Part shown: positions 1 through 14,729 of the stretch, in pieces
Layout of the letters: each line of letters begins with the position of its first letter
Position numbering within the stretch: position 1 is the first letter of the stretch
NCBI RefSeq assembly: GCF_009914755.1
Contig: NC_060928.1
Length of the DNA: 64,000 bases
DNA from: the human T2T-CHM13v2.0 reference genome, Homo sapiens
Strand: one strand, 5' to 3'
Notes under the pieces: model-generated
Seen by the model: only the letters and a program-made list of their open reading frames with translations
What the model was told of the DNA's origin: nothing
Database searches by the model: none
Position numbers and translations under genes: made by a program

Positions 1-139
1 AATGGCAACCAGCCCTTTGCAACATCAAGAATAAAAGTAGTAATAATTATTATTATAAATTATGTCATGTAATTTATAATTATATTATTAATAATTTTAT
101 GAATTACTATTACTATTTTGGTTACTACAAAGAAATACA

Positions 140-400
140 AAGGTCATGGGGGAATTGTCAATAAGATGAGATGATATAGACATTAAAAAGAAAGGAATAC
201 AGAGAAATGTTGTCAATGAGGAGATTGACAATGAGGAGATCATTAGTGTCCTCAGAGAGTTGAGTGGGAATAGAAGCCAGTCTACAAGGAACAACGTGAG
301 TGGAAAATGAGAAATGCAGACAGTACTCGATTTTAGAAAGTATTGGTAGAGAAAGGAAGGGTTGGGGAGGAAAAATATGGGGAGGGACAAGATGGCTGCT
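140..400 (-). mobile_element. Degenerate L2 LINE fragment
   Basis: Purine-rich, diverged sequence resembling antisense L2 (aagccag...gagtgg...gaaatg). Boundaries approximate. Confidence 0.35.
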
Positions 401-419
401 TAAAGAAATTATGAGCCTT

Positions 420-704
420 GGCCGGATGCAGTGGCTCACGCCTGTAATCCCAGCAATTTGGGAGGCCAAGGCCAGCAGATCACTTGAGGTCAGGAGTTTG
501 AGACCAGCCTGGCCAACATGGTGAAACCCCCTCTCTACTAAAAGTATTAGAAAATTAGCCAGGCATGGTGGCGTGCATCTGTAGTCCCAGCTACTCAGGA
601 GGCTGAGGCAGGAGAATCACTTGAACCCGGCAGAAGGAGGTTGCAGCCGAGATCGAGCCACTGCACTCCAGCCTAGGCAACAGAGCGAGACTCTGTCTCA
701 ATTT
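420..704 (+). mobile_element. Alu (AluS-type), full dimer
   Basis: ggccggatgcagtggctcacgcctgtaatccc...gagactctgtctc. Degenerate TSD aaattatgagcctt (406-419) / aaattataagccgt (958-971). Confidence 0.97.
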
Positions 705-722
705 AAAAAGAGAAAGAAAGAA

Positions 723-786
<64 letters not shown>

Positions 787-960
787 AGAAGGAAAGAAAG
801 AAAAAAGAAAGAAAGGAAGGAAGGAAGGAAGGAAGGAAGGAAGGAAGGAAGGAAGGAAAGAAAGAAGGAAAGAAGGAAGGAAGGAAAGAAAGAAGGAAAG
901 AAAGAAAGAAAGGAAGAAAGAAAGAGAAAGAAAAGAAAAGAAGGAAGGAAGGAAGGAAAA
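705..960 (+). repeat. 256-nt pure-purine compound microsatellite (GAAA)n/(GGAA)n derived from the Alu tail
   Basis: No pyrimidine in 705-960. (GAAA)15 at 725-784 and (GGAA)11 at 815-858. Lies inside the Alu TSDs. Confidence 0.97.
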
Positions 961-2260
961 TTATAAGCCGTGTCAAGTTTACAATATTTTAGAAGAGAGT
1001 AGAGAAGAACCATCCATTTTATAGAGCTGGAAAATTTGCCTCTAGTGTTTCAGTGTTTCCTTTACAAATAGGTCACAATAAGAGACATAGCAGGCTCTCA
1101 TATGTAAGAAGATATGCAGAGAAATCTACACTGATGTGAAGTAGACCATATCCTAGCCACGTGTAGCTTTTGGGTAGCTGATTCTGAGCCACTGGCCTTT
1201 AGGCCAAGGGCTGGGATATTGCAAAGACATCCATCATTTTACTAAACAAAACAAATAGTGTCACAGGTATACAACTTTTTAAGGTAATGTTTTCCTTCAC
1301 ACTTCCAAATTAACATTTTCAGATCTTTTTCAAAAAATAGGTCCTACTAGAAGTAATTTGATAACACAAAATATTTAGAATACAGCATCCATCAAATTAC
1401 CTCTATTAATTCCAATGTCAGCACAAACTTTAATCACAAAAATAACCAGACGACTGACAGTATATCTAATATTTGACACTTATGAATTTATCTCCTGAAA
1501 AAATTTACACTGCCAAATTCAGCAGAAGTCAAAATGCAATTAGAACAAAGGGTAACAATTCCAAACACATGCAGCTTACTGACTGGCCCTTGCCATTTCA
1601 TAAATAGAGGGTGCTTGAAACCTGCCCTTCAGCCCATAATAACAGCCTGCCAAGGGCTTCAAAAGCAAGCAGGAAGGAATAGGGGAGTGAGCTTGGGATC
1701 TGAGGAGGAGATTCTGTATATTTGGAAAATTCCATTTAAATAACCCAGTTGTCACAAATCCCCTTCCCAGATCCCCATTCTAGGAGATTGAAAAGCAGTA
1801 ATTAGAATGGGTGGGCTGGGAAAGCCAACTAAACACAGATTGACAGATAGGCTACCAGAAGAGGCATCCCCTGAACTACATTATTCCAACAATAATGTCT
1901 TTATTTACATAGCAGAGTGGGTATATTGTGTTCAGCAAAGCTTTCAATAAGTAGAAACATGCTGCTAGAAGAATAGCCCACCACCACACAAAACTGCTAA
2001 TTTAAAGATACAAAAACCAGTGCACCAATTAGTTCTGCAATCCCCACAGAAAACATGAAATAGCTTTTTCCATGAGCCTTGCAGATCACAACCATAGCAA
2101 CTTAACATGTGCAGTCCCATATGGGTTGACTGCTTCTCAGAATGAGGCCAGGAACTCAGGAATCCAAGCTTTTACATCAGAAATGGAGAAAAACCGAACA
2201 TGGAATAGTTTTGTATCAAAGTTAAATTTCAAATACTCTAAAATCAAGTCTTAATAATTT

Positions 2261-2264
2261 TATA

Positions 2265-2295
<31 letters not shown>
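2261..2295. repeat. (TA)n microsatellite
   Basis: tatatatatgtatatata... run. Confidence 0.95.
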
Positions 2296-2709
2296 CTGCA
2301 TCTTATTGTACTGTTCAAATGGGTATTCTTATAATTTTCTGGCCTGTTCTATGTTCCCACAATGAACAAAAAGAGACTCACTAATTAAGAATGGTCAGTG
2401 CAAAGAAACGTGTGTATGTGTGTGAATTTTATTTGGCTTTTTTTGTTCTGATTCTGAACTGAAGAGAATTCTCAAAAATTTTCTTGCTATGAACAGCCCC
2501 TGACTTAAGCTGACACTGACTATAGAAAAGCACTACTCCTGATGGTCTGCTACCAATTTGTAATACATACCCTGAACAAATCAAAAAGTGCCAATGTATT
2601 TCCTTATGCCAAAAGTGTAAGAGTGGGTTCCTTGTAATTAAGTGTGTGCCCTTGATGAGTCTTAGTTTTCTCATATGTGTCAAATGAACTGATTGAACTA
2701 GATTAAGTT

Positions 2710-2890
2710 TAAGGCCTGGCTCTTCCACTTAATTTCCATAATCTTGAATGGATTACTTAACTTCACTATGCCTCAGCTTCCTCATCTGTAAAATGGGGGG
2801 TGATAATAGCATTTACCTCATGAAATGATTTAATACATGTGAAGCAGTAAAACAATACCTGCTCTAGTAACTACCTAGTAAATGTTCTCT
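2710..2890 (+). mobile_element. MIR SINE
   Basis: MIR core: ttacttaacttcactatgcctcagcttcctcatctgtaaaatggggg...taatagcatttacctcat. Confidence 0.85.
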
Positions 2891-3455
2891 AAGGTAATCA
2901 AGAGACCGCTTCTAAAGTACCTTCCAGCTCCCAGAACCTGTAATTGTATGAAAACTATATGCCCCGTGTGCTATGTTGGCTTTACTTAAGAATTAAATAT
3001 TACAGCCAAAAAAGAAATAATTCTGATGAAATATTGCTTTCAAAATCTTGATGTCATCCTATTGGAAATACCAAACAGAATCTTTATAAGGTATTTTTAG
3101 TCAATACCTTCTGATCACAATTATACCCTTAAAATGAAATTAAATCCTATTTTCATTGGAAAAAAGGTAGACTGTGCCATATTTAGGGTTTGTCTTTCTT
3201 CTTTATCATTCTACCCTTTGTGGTTTCTGCATCTTTTCTGAGTCTCAACTATCTCCTTTCTGTGTGTCCATAATGGCAGAACTTAGAGACAAATTCAGGA
3301 GTATATATGCAGATTCCATAAGTGGTTATTAAAGAAGAGGTCTTCATTAAAAATGTTTATAGAGAAATAAGGATGAAGAAGCTAAGGGCTAAGTCTCTTT
3401 CTAAGTGCCCCAACAGTTTTAGAAAAATGAAAGACATGTTTCTGCATTTTAAGTT

Positions 3456-4680
3456 AATCCATACATTCTTTCACTGAATATATATCTATTGAAAATGTTA
3501 AGCACTGTTCAGGAAACCACAGGTAGTTAAGGAAATACACAGTCTTTTCCCTCAAGGAGTTTGTAGCTGAGTGGTGAGACAGCCACAAAACCCAAAACTT
3601 ATAATACAGTATGATAAGAGAAGTATTAGAAGTGTGTTTAAGATACAATAGGAATAATAAAAAAAAAAAAAGAGAACCAATGCCTGCTGCCTGCCTGGAA
3701 GTATCAGGCAAAAAAACTTCCCAAAGGGAAAAAAAAAATGAAATTGGAAAAGAGATTTTTCTCAGCCTAGGAAGAATGAGAGAACATTTCAGGCAAAACG
3801 AACTACATCTGCCAAAACGTAGAGGCATGAAAGAGCACTGCCTGCTTGACGTGCTGCCAAGAGATTGGTATTGCCAAAGGGTGCAATATAGTTGGAGTCA
3901 CAGCTAGGAGAGAAAACTGGAGCAGTTGATAGGAAACAGATCATTCATGCCTGGCTACGGAATGCAGATTTTATCCTATAAGTGGTACACAGAGAACTAT
4001 GACGAAGAGACCAATACTCACTGATTTCAATTTTGGAAAGAACGTTCTAGTACAGAAACAAGCCTGGAAGATAGGAGAGGCAGAGTCAGAACCTCAGGCC
4101 AGAGATGGTGCGTTCCTGAAATAAAGCAGTAGTCATAGTAAATAGAAATGAGGGAATGCTTGCAAACCTGCAGACATGAACATATAGAATCTGGTCATTG
4201 GGTATAGGCATGAGAAGGAGGCAAGCAACAAAAATAATGCTGAAGTTTCTATCTTGAGTAAAACAAGTAAAAAACCAGGATAGACAGAGATGGTTTGTGA
4301 GAGTTGAATGTGCAGAGAACAGAAGGAGCAGTTAAAGCAATGAGCATGATGAGTGTGCATGAGTGAGTGCAGAGGTGAGAAGAGGAGGGACCAAGAGGGA
4401 GCCTGATATATGAGGTGAGCAGAGGCAACAGAATTCCTAAGGAGAGGCTCAAATCATGGCAACCACTGAGAGGAGGAGAGCGTGGTCACCAGTACTAAAT
4501 GTTGCTACCAGGACATGAAAAGGCACAGAAAAAAAAAATGTCTACTGGATTTGATAACTAAGGAACCATTCATGAGTCTGAAGGGAGGGAGGAGGGGTGG
4601 AAGCTGGGGTTCCTGGGTTGAAGATTAATTAGGAAGTTGAGCAAGTGAGAGCAAGTAGACCCAGCTCAGCTCTTTCCAGA
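3456..4680 (-). mobile_element. L2 LINE (3' region, diverged)
   Basis: Starts with the L2 3'-end signature in antisense (cattctttcactgaata...attga...aagcactgttc), followed by a purine-rich L2-like body. Confidence 0.7.
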
Positions 4681-6399
4681 CTAACACACGTGGTTTATTT
4701 AACACACATTGCAAACACACAGTCACACCTTCAGCCCACTTGTTAAAACCACACTGGTCCTGAGTAGACAGTGTTATAAACTGCTATCTACATGGCGTGA
4801 TGTTAAGCATGTCAGCAAGCTCCCCTCTTCCTATAAAGACCTTTCCACCAATTGACGAATGCCTGGAAATCTGACAGAAGAAAAAGCCTTTCCATCACAT
4901 AATAACTAGAAATAAAACCTAAAATGTAAATCCCCTTAGAAGAGGTAAAAGATGAGCAAATTTACTGCAAACTGAAAATTGCCCTTACCTGACCCTTTTC
5001 TGAGAAGAGGATTAGGTAGGGAAGTTGCCAGGAAGAATCTGAGTGAGCCCTGAGGGAGAGAAGAGAAAGAAGAGGCTGAAAGTACTGAAAACAAATTTTT
5101 ACCTGGTCTGAACTTTTATTTAGCATTAGCATGTCTTCCATGATTTTAGAGGTCACCTTGTCACAAGCATAAGGAGGAAGATCCCTAACCATAGGCAGAA
5201 GAGTTATTTCCCCTGGTTGCAGAAGGAGAGAACCAGCCTCATTAATAATTTCACATTGTCTAAACTCTAGATAGCTTTAAATATAATAAAAAGTCTGCCC
5301 TATTCTCCAACCCACATATTCATTTTCAGCTTCTACCTAATAATCTTGACACATTTCACTTGGTTTTAAGTTTTTTTCATCTCTCTTTAGGATTAGTTAA
5401 TTTTTTAATTGCCAAGAAAGGTTTTTAAAATCTATTACAGGTATTATGATATAGAACGATTAAGCTTGAACATATATACTGATTTTCAGATATTTTCGAA
5501 ACCTGTCATAAAGTATTAAGTTTTTAAAATACTCTACTACTTTCACAAGCCTTCTAAAAAACCACTCATCATAGCCATTTAGAAAGAAATATGACATTAA
5601 AAGAAGGTAAATTTTCCAAGTGTTATACTGTGATTTAGTTGTGCTCTCCCATTAAGTCTAAATGTGTCTTCCAACCAGTATAAAGCAGTCATGATTTATT
5701 TGAGCCTGATGGTAAAGGTCTATTAAAACAATAACTTGAAAATAGTCTGCATAGCTAACACATCACCCATCAAAGAGATTAAGGCAGGAATTCTCAGAAG
5801 GCTGTGTGTATATCTGTGACTCAAAGAGATGAGCAATTAGAGGGACTAAAAATGTCTGAGTCTTTTATGTACAGAAAAACCCACTCTCCAAAGGTCTCAA
5901 AGAACTGGGGAAAACTTGGGAAAGGCCAGCTGGAAGTGAGGGGTCTCAGCCTGTGCTTGATGTAGGCCATGAACTATGATCATAGCCCAGCCCTGCTTTT
6001 AAAAAAGAAAATGTTTGCAGTTGGGTAAGGAAAACAAAACGGATGGTTTTTAATTCTTTAAATAATGTGTAACAGAGTTGCTTTATAATACAGCTTGCTG
6101 GTAAACATAGATATTCTGAGGATGAAATGAATATATCCCAAGACATAAGAGTTACATTAGTTAAAACCCAAGAAGACACAGCTATAAAGAGTGATTTCAT
6201 TTTGACTACATTTGCCAAGTTGTCTCACAGCCCTTTGCAAGGTTAAAGCTTTTTAGGTACCTGAATCCAGCAACGACCTTCATGACAGGACCTTCTTCTC
6301 TAGTGCTGTGCACTCGTTTTATCACTAAACTCCTCAAATGTGAATTCTATCCACACTATCTACTTTTTCTCACTACACGGACATTCCTCAATTCATTGC

Positions 6400-7270
6400 C
6401 TCCACCACTCTACTGGCAATGCTCTAGGTTGCCTTCTCATTTGCTAAATCCAACTTTCTATTTTCTGTCTTCACCCCTCCTAGCCCTCTGCAGCATTTAG
6501 TACTGTTTATCATATCTTCCAGAGCCCCGTCAGCTCCTGCTTCTCCTCCTTCCTCTCTGGTCATTTTCTTTTATGCCATAATGACTACTACTTCTACTTC
6601 TATTGGTTACCGTGTTTGCATCTGAGGTCATTTTCTCCATTCACACCACCTGCTCTCTCTTCATGACCTCAGCTACCATCTACAGCTGATAAGCTTTCAA
6701 TCTTCAGCTCCAGCCCCAATCTTTCCCAAGGTCCAGACACCCATATCCACCTTTATGTTTCATAGCTTTTTCTCATGCACCATGACCAAAACTTATTTTA
6801 GCTCTGCCACAACCCATCCCACTTCAAAACTTGTTCCTTCTCATTTTTTTGTCTCCGTTAAGGGTGACACTTCAAATGTAAAAGCCTGGTAATATTCTGT
6901 GCTTCCTCTCTTTCTCTCACCCTGCCCAGTGAGTCATCAAAACTCATGAGTTCTATCAATCACAGAAATGCTTTGCAAATCTAGTTTCTCTCCTGCACCA
7001 TTGCCTCTGCCTTAGACTAAGCACTCCTTATCTGTTAAATGCATTGAAGAAATAACCTCAATTTCTCCTTCTCATGGCAAGGATTCACATACATAATCCT
7101 AAAAACAAGTGCTGATTCTGCCACTCCCCAAGACAAAGACCCCATTGCTTTACCTCAGCTGTCTTCGGATGAAGTTAGAGCTCCTTAAAAAGGCATAAAA
7201 GACCTTCAGAGTCTAGCCCCAACTACTACTCCAGTCTTAACTCCTGAAGCTCTTCCCACAGGTATCTACA
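6400..7270 (+). mobile_element. L2 LINE fragment
   Basis: CT-rich L2 motifs: ttgctaaatccaa, ctctgcagcattt, cttcagctccagccc, cccattgcttt...gctcctt. Confidence 0.65.
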
Positions 7271-8152
7271 TCTAGTCACATAGGACTTCTCATTTACTCT
7301 CTCTGAAATCTTAAATTAATTCTCACTGAATGACTGAAACTTCCATATGTCTAACTTGTTCACCGTTTTAAACACAATGTATCTGGCTTTTTTTTTTAAA
7401 GCTTGCTGAAGCCCCCAGTTCCTCCATAACACCCGCTTTCCATTTATTTCCCATCCATTAGCTCCCTTTTGAATGAATGTTCTACCCCTAAACTTCACTT
7501 ATGTTCCCAACCTTTCCTTATCTCTCTTGCCCTTCTGGTCTTCTAACTAATCCTATGAAGCTCAACTCTGAATGTATGAATTCTTCACTAGTATTTTCTG
7601 GGAGTAACCACCTTTCTCAGTTGTGCTCTCAGAAATAAGTCTATCAAATTTTAGGAAAACACCTTATAACAACAGTAGGTGTCATTGTGCTCCATGAGAA
7701 ATTAATGAAATGGATAACAGAATGTTCTCTGATGCTGCCATAAGGATTAGAGATATTTTGGTAGGGAACTTTGCACAGACAATTTCCCTGTCCAGGACAT
7801 CTTTGTCTTGGTCAATGAAAAGTATAAGCCCTGAATCAGGATTGCAGGTGTGTTGCAGTATGATCTTATGGCTGTCTTTCCAGCCAGCCTACATTCAATT
7901 CTCATCCCATCAAGTCCTATTTGCTAGCCTATTCAGATGGGTTTTCCAACTAATTGAAACTGAGAGTGATAAAATAGCAGAAAGTTGCATTCACTTTTTT
8001 GGTTCTCTGATATGAATCTGGAAAGCATTGTTCCCTAAGTATAATAGCATATTAATATACAGAGAAAGAGGACAGGCTTACTCTTCTTATTTGAAGCCAT
8101 ATTTTGCTTTTGTTAAGATCTATTACCAACTTCATCCAAAACACAGTAGAAC

Positions 8153-8518
8153 TGTATTAGTCTATTTTCATGCTACTGATAAAGACATACTTGAGACCGG
8201 GCAATTTACAAAAGAAAGAAGTTCATTGGACTTATAGTTCCACATGGCTGGGGAGGCCTCACAATCATGGCAGAAGGCAAGGAGGAGCAAGACACATCTT
8301 ATGTGGATGGCAGCAGACAAAGAGAGAGCTCGTGCAGGGAGACTCCCATTTTTAAAACCATCAGTTCTTGTGAGACCCATTCACTATCACAAGAACAGCA
8401 CGGGAAAGACCCGCCTCCATGATTCAGTCATCTCCCACCAGGTCCCTCCCACAACATGTCGGAATTATGGGAGCTACAAGATGAGATTTGGATGGGGACA
8501 CAGAGCCAAACCATATCA
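8153..8518 (-). mobile_element. THE1 (THE1B/C-like) MaLR solo LTR
   Basis: tgtattagtctattttcatgctactgataaagacatac...ggggacacagagccaaaccatatca. 5-bp TSD agaac/aggac. Confidence 0.93.
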
Positions 8519-9287
8519 AGGACAATCTAGATTCCAGGTGGAGATCCTAAATGTTGTTGACAGCCAACTCTTAGAGCAAAAGGCAGTAAAGAACCCTTTC
8601 TACCCAGAGGCGGGGCTTAGATTGGAGCCTTCCTTGAGATGGACCAAAATTCAGAAAAAGTTAGTACATTTGTGATTCTGTTCAAATAACAACAGAAAAA
8701 AACAAAGAGTAAGCACAAAGAATAATAAACAGAACAAGCACTTGATGCAGAACACTTCAGGGACAAAACACAAGAAGCATAAGTTCCCATGTGCCAGCCT
8801 ATTCAGAAGCAAGCCTACAGCAAGCACTGAGGCACTCCAACACAAACCTCGGTAGCTAGGATTCAGAAGTCAAAATCAGGCAGTGAGAAGACCTCACCCT
8901 TTTTAAAGTGGGCAGCCTCAAGGGATCAAGTGTGGCCTCAGAAACATTCACAAGAACTTGTTCTTCACCGTTAACAGGCAGCCTCCAAGCACTTCTGCTT
9001 GGCAACTATCCTCACAAATGGACTCAGCAGCTCCCAGCTGTCTGTATTTGTGTAGATTGCCATAAGGACACATTCCCTTCCCTCTTCAGGGAATGTTAAG
9101 GGTATTGTCTTCCAGCAAACAGTACCTGAGTCCTGAATCACCTCACCAAAGGAATCTTGGCCTTCTTTTCTCCTGCCAACATCTCTGTTAGCCTGTTGGT
9201 CAACACATAAAGAAAAAAAAAATCCTATGTTCAGCCACAGTCATTTAGTACCATTGGAAAGGTGTGGCTGTAATCTGCCTTTAGTAT

Positions 9288-9761
9288 TGACAAAGATTCT
9301 TGTTTGTCCAAACTTTAGTCAGCTCCTGAACGTTTTCGTAGGCCCATCTGTGCCCTTTCTTATAAAAACCAGTTTTAGCAAAGAACCCTACTAAGTTTAG
9401 CAAGAACTCCCCACTGGTAGTATCTGATTGCCCTGGATACCTGCTCAGGTTTCTTATCCTCAACCATCCCCCACTCTCCATAATGTCTGATCACCCTGGC
9501 CTGCCCTCATCAAGCATCCTGTTAGATCAATTTAGCCAGAATCCCTCTTACCCCTGATGTTTCCTCTTAATTTTCTATCCACTGACCCCCACCCTCTCCT
9601 GGGCCATAAATTCCCACTTACCCATGCTGTATTCAGAGTCAAGCTCAATCTGTCTCCCCACCACAAGACTACATTGCAGTGGAGCCACTACCTATCACGA
9701 TGCTCCTGAATAAATTCTTCCTTACTGTGCTTTCACAATTAACACTGATTTTTTTTTAACG
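9288..9761 (+). mobile_element. MER31-like ERV1 solo LTR
   Basis: tgacaaagattct...ccaaactttagtcag...ccagttttagcaaagaaccc; AATAAA near 9708. Family from recalled consensus. Confidence 0.75.
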
Positions 9762-10064
9762 TTAGCCAAACTAAAACACAGCCTTCTGAAGAGAGAGGAA
9801 AAGGAAGGGAAGGGTAACAGAGGGAACACCAACATGTCAGAGGAGGAGAAAAGAAGTCATTTATTTGACTCATTTTCCCGGCAGCATTAATTTATGATTC
9901 TTGTAGACTTTTGGCAGGAATGTAGGAGGAAGGATTTCAAGAATTCATAGAATCATTTTTTAAAAGAAGCATGGAAAGGGGGATATGCAATGTATCTAGT
10001 CCAGTTCTATCATTTCATAGACTTGGAAAATGAAGAGAGGAAAGGAAAAAGAGGATAATATTTA

Positions 10065-10270
10065 CTGAGGTCCCATTACTTACCAAGTGCTTTAAATTTG
10101 TCATTTCATTCATCCTTTAAAAAATGGTATGATGTAATGATATCTCCAGCTTACAAAGATAGGAACTAAGGCTGAACAAGTTGAAGTAAGTTTTCTAAGG
10201 GCACATGACTTGGTAAGTGAAAGGGTCAAAATTTAACTCAGATTTTCTGGATCTGGAGCCTCTTTACACT
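10065..10270 (-). mobile_element. MIR SINE
   Basis: Antisense MIR core ttacaaagataggaactaaggctg...aagggcacatgacttggtaagtg. Confidence 0.7.
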
Positions 10271-10438
10271 ATGTTAGGTTGCCTCACAAAGAGGCATTTG
10301 GAGGTTTAGAAACTGTGCTAGGCAACCTAGCCAGTGAAGTGGGGACAGCTAGGCCTCTGGACTTCCAGCCTCAGAGTCTCCCCACTGTAAATAACACTGC
10401 AATTTATATTATCTATAACTGAAGACACATGACACTGT

Positions 10439-11355
10439 TGTTGACACAAAGAGTTGAACTCTATAAAATAGTTCAAGAGGTTTATCCTGAGCCAAATATG
10501 AATGACCAAGGCTCATGACACAGCCCCAAGAGGTCCTGAGAACATGTGCTCAAGGTGGTTGGGTTATAGCTCGACTTTACACATTTTAGGGGGACAGAAG
10601 TTACAGAGAGACATCAGTCAATACATGTAAGGTGTACATTGGTTTGGTCCGGAAAGGCAGGTCAACTTGAAGCTGGGGGTGGGGGTGGTGAGCTTCCAGG
10701 TCACAGGTGGATTCAAAGATTTTCTGATCAGCAATTGGTTGAAAGAGTTAAATTATTATCTGAAGTCCTGGGATCAATAGAAAGAAGTGTCTGGGTTAAA
10801 ATACAGGTGGTTGTGGTGACCAAGGTTCTTATTAGGAAGATGAAGCCTCCAGGTAGCAGGCTTCAGGGAACGTAGATGCTAAATGTCTCTAATCAAACCT
10901 AAAAAGGTACCAGACTCTTAATCTCTCCTGGATCAGGAAAATACCTGGAAAGGGAAGGGGATTCTCTACAGAATGTAGATTTTTCCCCACAAGACACAGC
11001 TTGGCAGGGCCATTTCAAAATATGTCAAAGAAATGTATTTTGGGGTAAAATACTTCAATTTCCTTTAGAGCCTGTTATCTGTCATGCAGTGCTACACTGG
11101 AGTCAGGCTGGAATTGTGTATCTTACTGCAACAAAGTGTCAGTTTTGTCAGTCTTAAGATCTCTGTTTTAATTTTAACGCTGGTCAGTTGTGTCTGAATT
11201 CCAAAGGGAGGATGGTATAGTGAGGAATGTTTGACACCCCCCTACTTCCCATTATGGCCTTAACTAGTGTTTCAGATTTACTTTGGAATGCCTGTGGCCA
11301 ACAAGAGGATCCATTTAACTGGCTGGGGGGCTTAAAATTGTATTCTTGGTTTACA
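10439..11355 (-). mobile_element. MER4 (MER4D-like) ERV1 solo LTR
   Basis: tgttgac...ctgagccaaatatgaatgacc...ggtcctgagaacatgtgctcaaggtgg...ttggtttaca. Perfect 4-bp TSD CTGT (10435-10438 / 11356-11359). Confidence 0.88.
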
Positions 11356-11771
11356 CTGTGAATTAAATGATCCCATTCATTCAGTGTAGTGAATTTCTAT
11401 TGTTTTTGCTTGCCCAGCACTACTCTTTCCCATCTTTCCTCCAGCCCCTACTTCAGATCTGCCCAGAATTCACCACTTTACTGGGCCTGTCACTGACCCT
11501 ACTTTCACAATTTCCCTTCTCATTTGTTCTCTACAGAAAGTACCTGTCCTTTCTCTTATTCCCTTAGAACCCAGCTCTCATCTAAGGAACTGATTTGTTC
11601 ATTTAAAGAATATGTTAACTAATAAAGACCTAATGCTGTAGTGTGTTATGTCCATGCAGATATCATTTACATGTTAATGGCCACCTACATTGTAGTAACC
11701 CAAAGAATTCAAGTGCAGGGAATGTCAGGCCTCAGGCTAGTCAAGGAAGGAAACTTCAGAGCCATGGGTGG

Positions 11772-12096
<325 letters not shown>

Positions 12097-12169
12097 TAAT
12101 CAGCAATTTTAGAGTGAGGCCAGTACCTTCTCTCCACAAACCTGTCTCCAAAAGTAAAATACATTATCA

Positions 12170-12280
12170 ATCAATACATATGTCTTGAGTACCTACAATG
12201 TGCTTAGCACTGTTCTAGATCTCAGGATAGATGAAAGGTGAAAATGAAAAATATCAGACACTGTTCTTCACCTTAAATTG
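12170..12280 (-). mobile_element. L2 3' end fragment
   Basis: tcaatacatatgtcttgagtacctacaatgtgcttagcactgttctag. Confidence 0.6.
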
Positions 12281-12399
12281 CCTATATAATAATATTTATG
12301 AAGTTAGAAAAAGCTGGCATCTATAACCTACTAGTTAGCCACTCTGATATATTTCTGGAACAACCCTAAACAACATTTTCTTCTTTTCTCAGTAAAACC

Positions 12400-13480
<1,081 letters not shown>

Positions 13481-13640
13481 CTAGCATTGGTGGTAGACAG
13501 AAGTTAGATACTACCTTCCATCTGGAGAATCCAGGAACAAAAATAAGCAAGAAGTAGCCTTTAAACTGAGCCTTAAAAATGAGGAAATTTTGAATGTAAG
13601 AAAACTGAAAAGATCTGTTCAAGAGAAGGGAGGGTCTCTG

Positions 13641-13975
13641 GGCCAGGTACGATGGTTCACACCTGTAATCCCAGCACGTTGGGACGCCAAAGTGGGCGGC
13701 TCACTAGAGTCCAGGAGTTCGTTCAAGACCAGCCTGGCCAACATGGTGAAACCCCATCTCTACTAAAAATACAAAAAAAATAAAATTAGCCAGGTGTGGT
13801 GGCACGCACCTGTAATCCCAGCTACTCAGGAGGCTGAGGCAGGATAATCCCGGCTACTCAGGAGGCTGAGGCAGCTACCCGGGAGGTGGACGTTGCAGTA
13901 AGCTGAAATGTCACCACTGCACTCCAGCCTGGGTGACAGAGCAAGACCCTGTCTCATAAAAAAAAGAAAAAAAAG
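13641..13975 (+). mobile_element. Alu with an internal ~30-bp tandem duplication
   Basis: Dimer; taatccc(a/g)gctactcaggaggctgaggcag occurs twice (13813-13874). TSD agagaagggagg (13622 / 14013). Confidence 0.95.
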
Positions 13976-14729
13976 TAAAATTTGCTTTTAAATTAAATTT
14001 TTTTAAAAACAGAGAGAAGGGAGGATCCTGGCGTAAGGCTAACTTTTAAATTGTATTTATAAGGAAAACAGAGTTATCCAGTTTGGGTTGAGCTCAGAGT
14101 GTCTGAAAATTTGCTTTTTTGCTTTCCAAATTATAGGTAAAGTATCATCAGAATAACTTTCTTTGAGTATAGATTTTTAACTCACAAAGCTCCTAATAAG
14201 CACATAACTTAGATACGCACCCCAGAGGAACCACACTTTGGCTAGTGATCTACAGAATATGTTATACTTCTTGCACTTTTCCAGGTTAGCCAGGGGAAGG
14301 AAAGGAAGGGAGTTAGAATGTTCAGCACCTCTTGGCAATGTTGCCCAGTGACCTGGCAGCCAAAGCATTACTGCAGCCCACTAGAGGAAACACTGGGCAC
14401 AGAATAATAAACTTACCTGTGAGAATATTCAAAAAGATCCAAGTTGGCCTTAACCTATATCTTAAAATTATTCTATTATTAAGTTTATACAGCAGGATAT
14501 GAATTCAATTCTTATCCTGACACATATTTTCCTGTAAGTCGTCTTTGGTTGCATTAAGAATACAAAGAAACTCTGAAATATTTTTAAAATATCTACCAAG
14601 CTTGAAAAGTATGTATGCTTCTGTCTACTGCATACATCCCTGTTCCTTCTTTTATTTTGAAGAAAATGAATAGAGAATAATAATTTTCTAACCACTTAGA
14701 AAATTCTTTTGAGAAAATGTACTGATATC

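Noticed and set aside
591-1013. Lys/Glu/Arg-rich and Phe/Leu/Ser-rich ORFs
   Set aside because: Translations of the Alu-tail purine microsatellite
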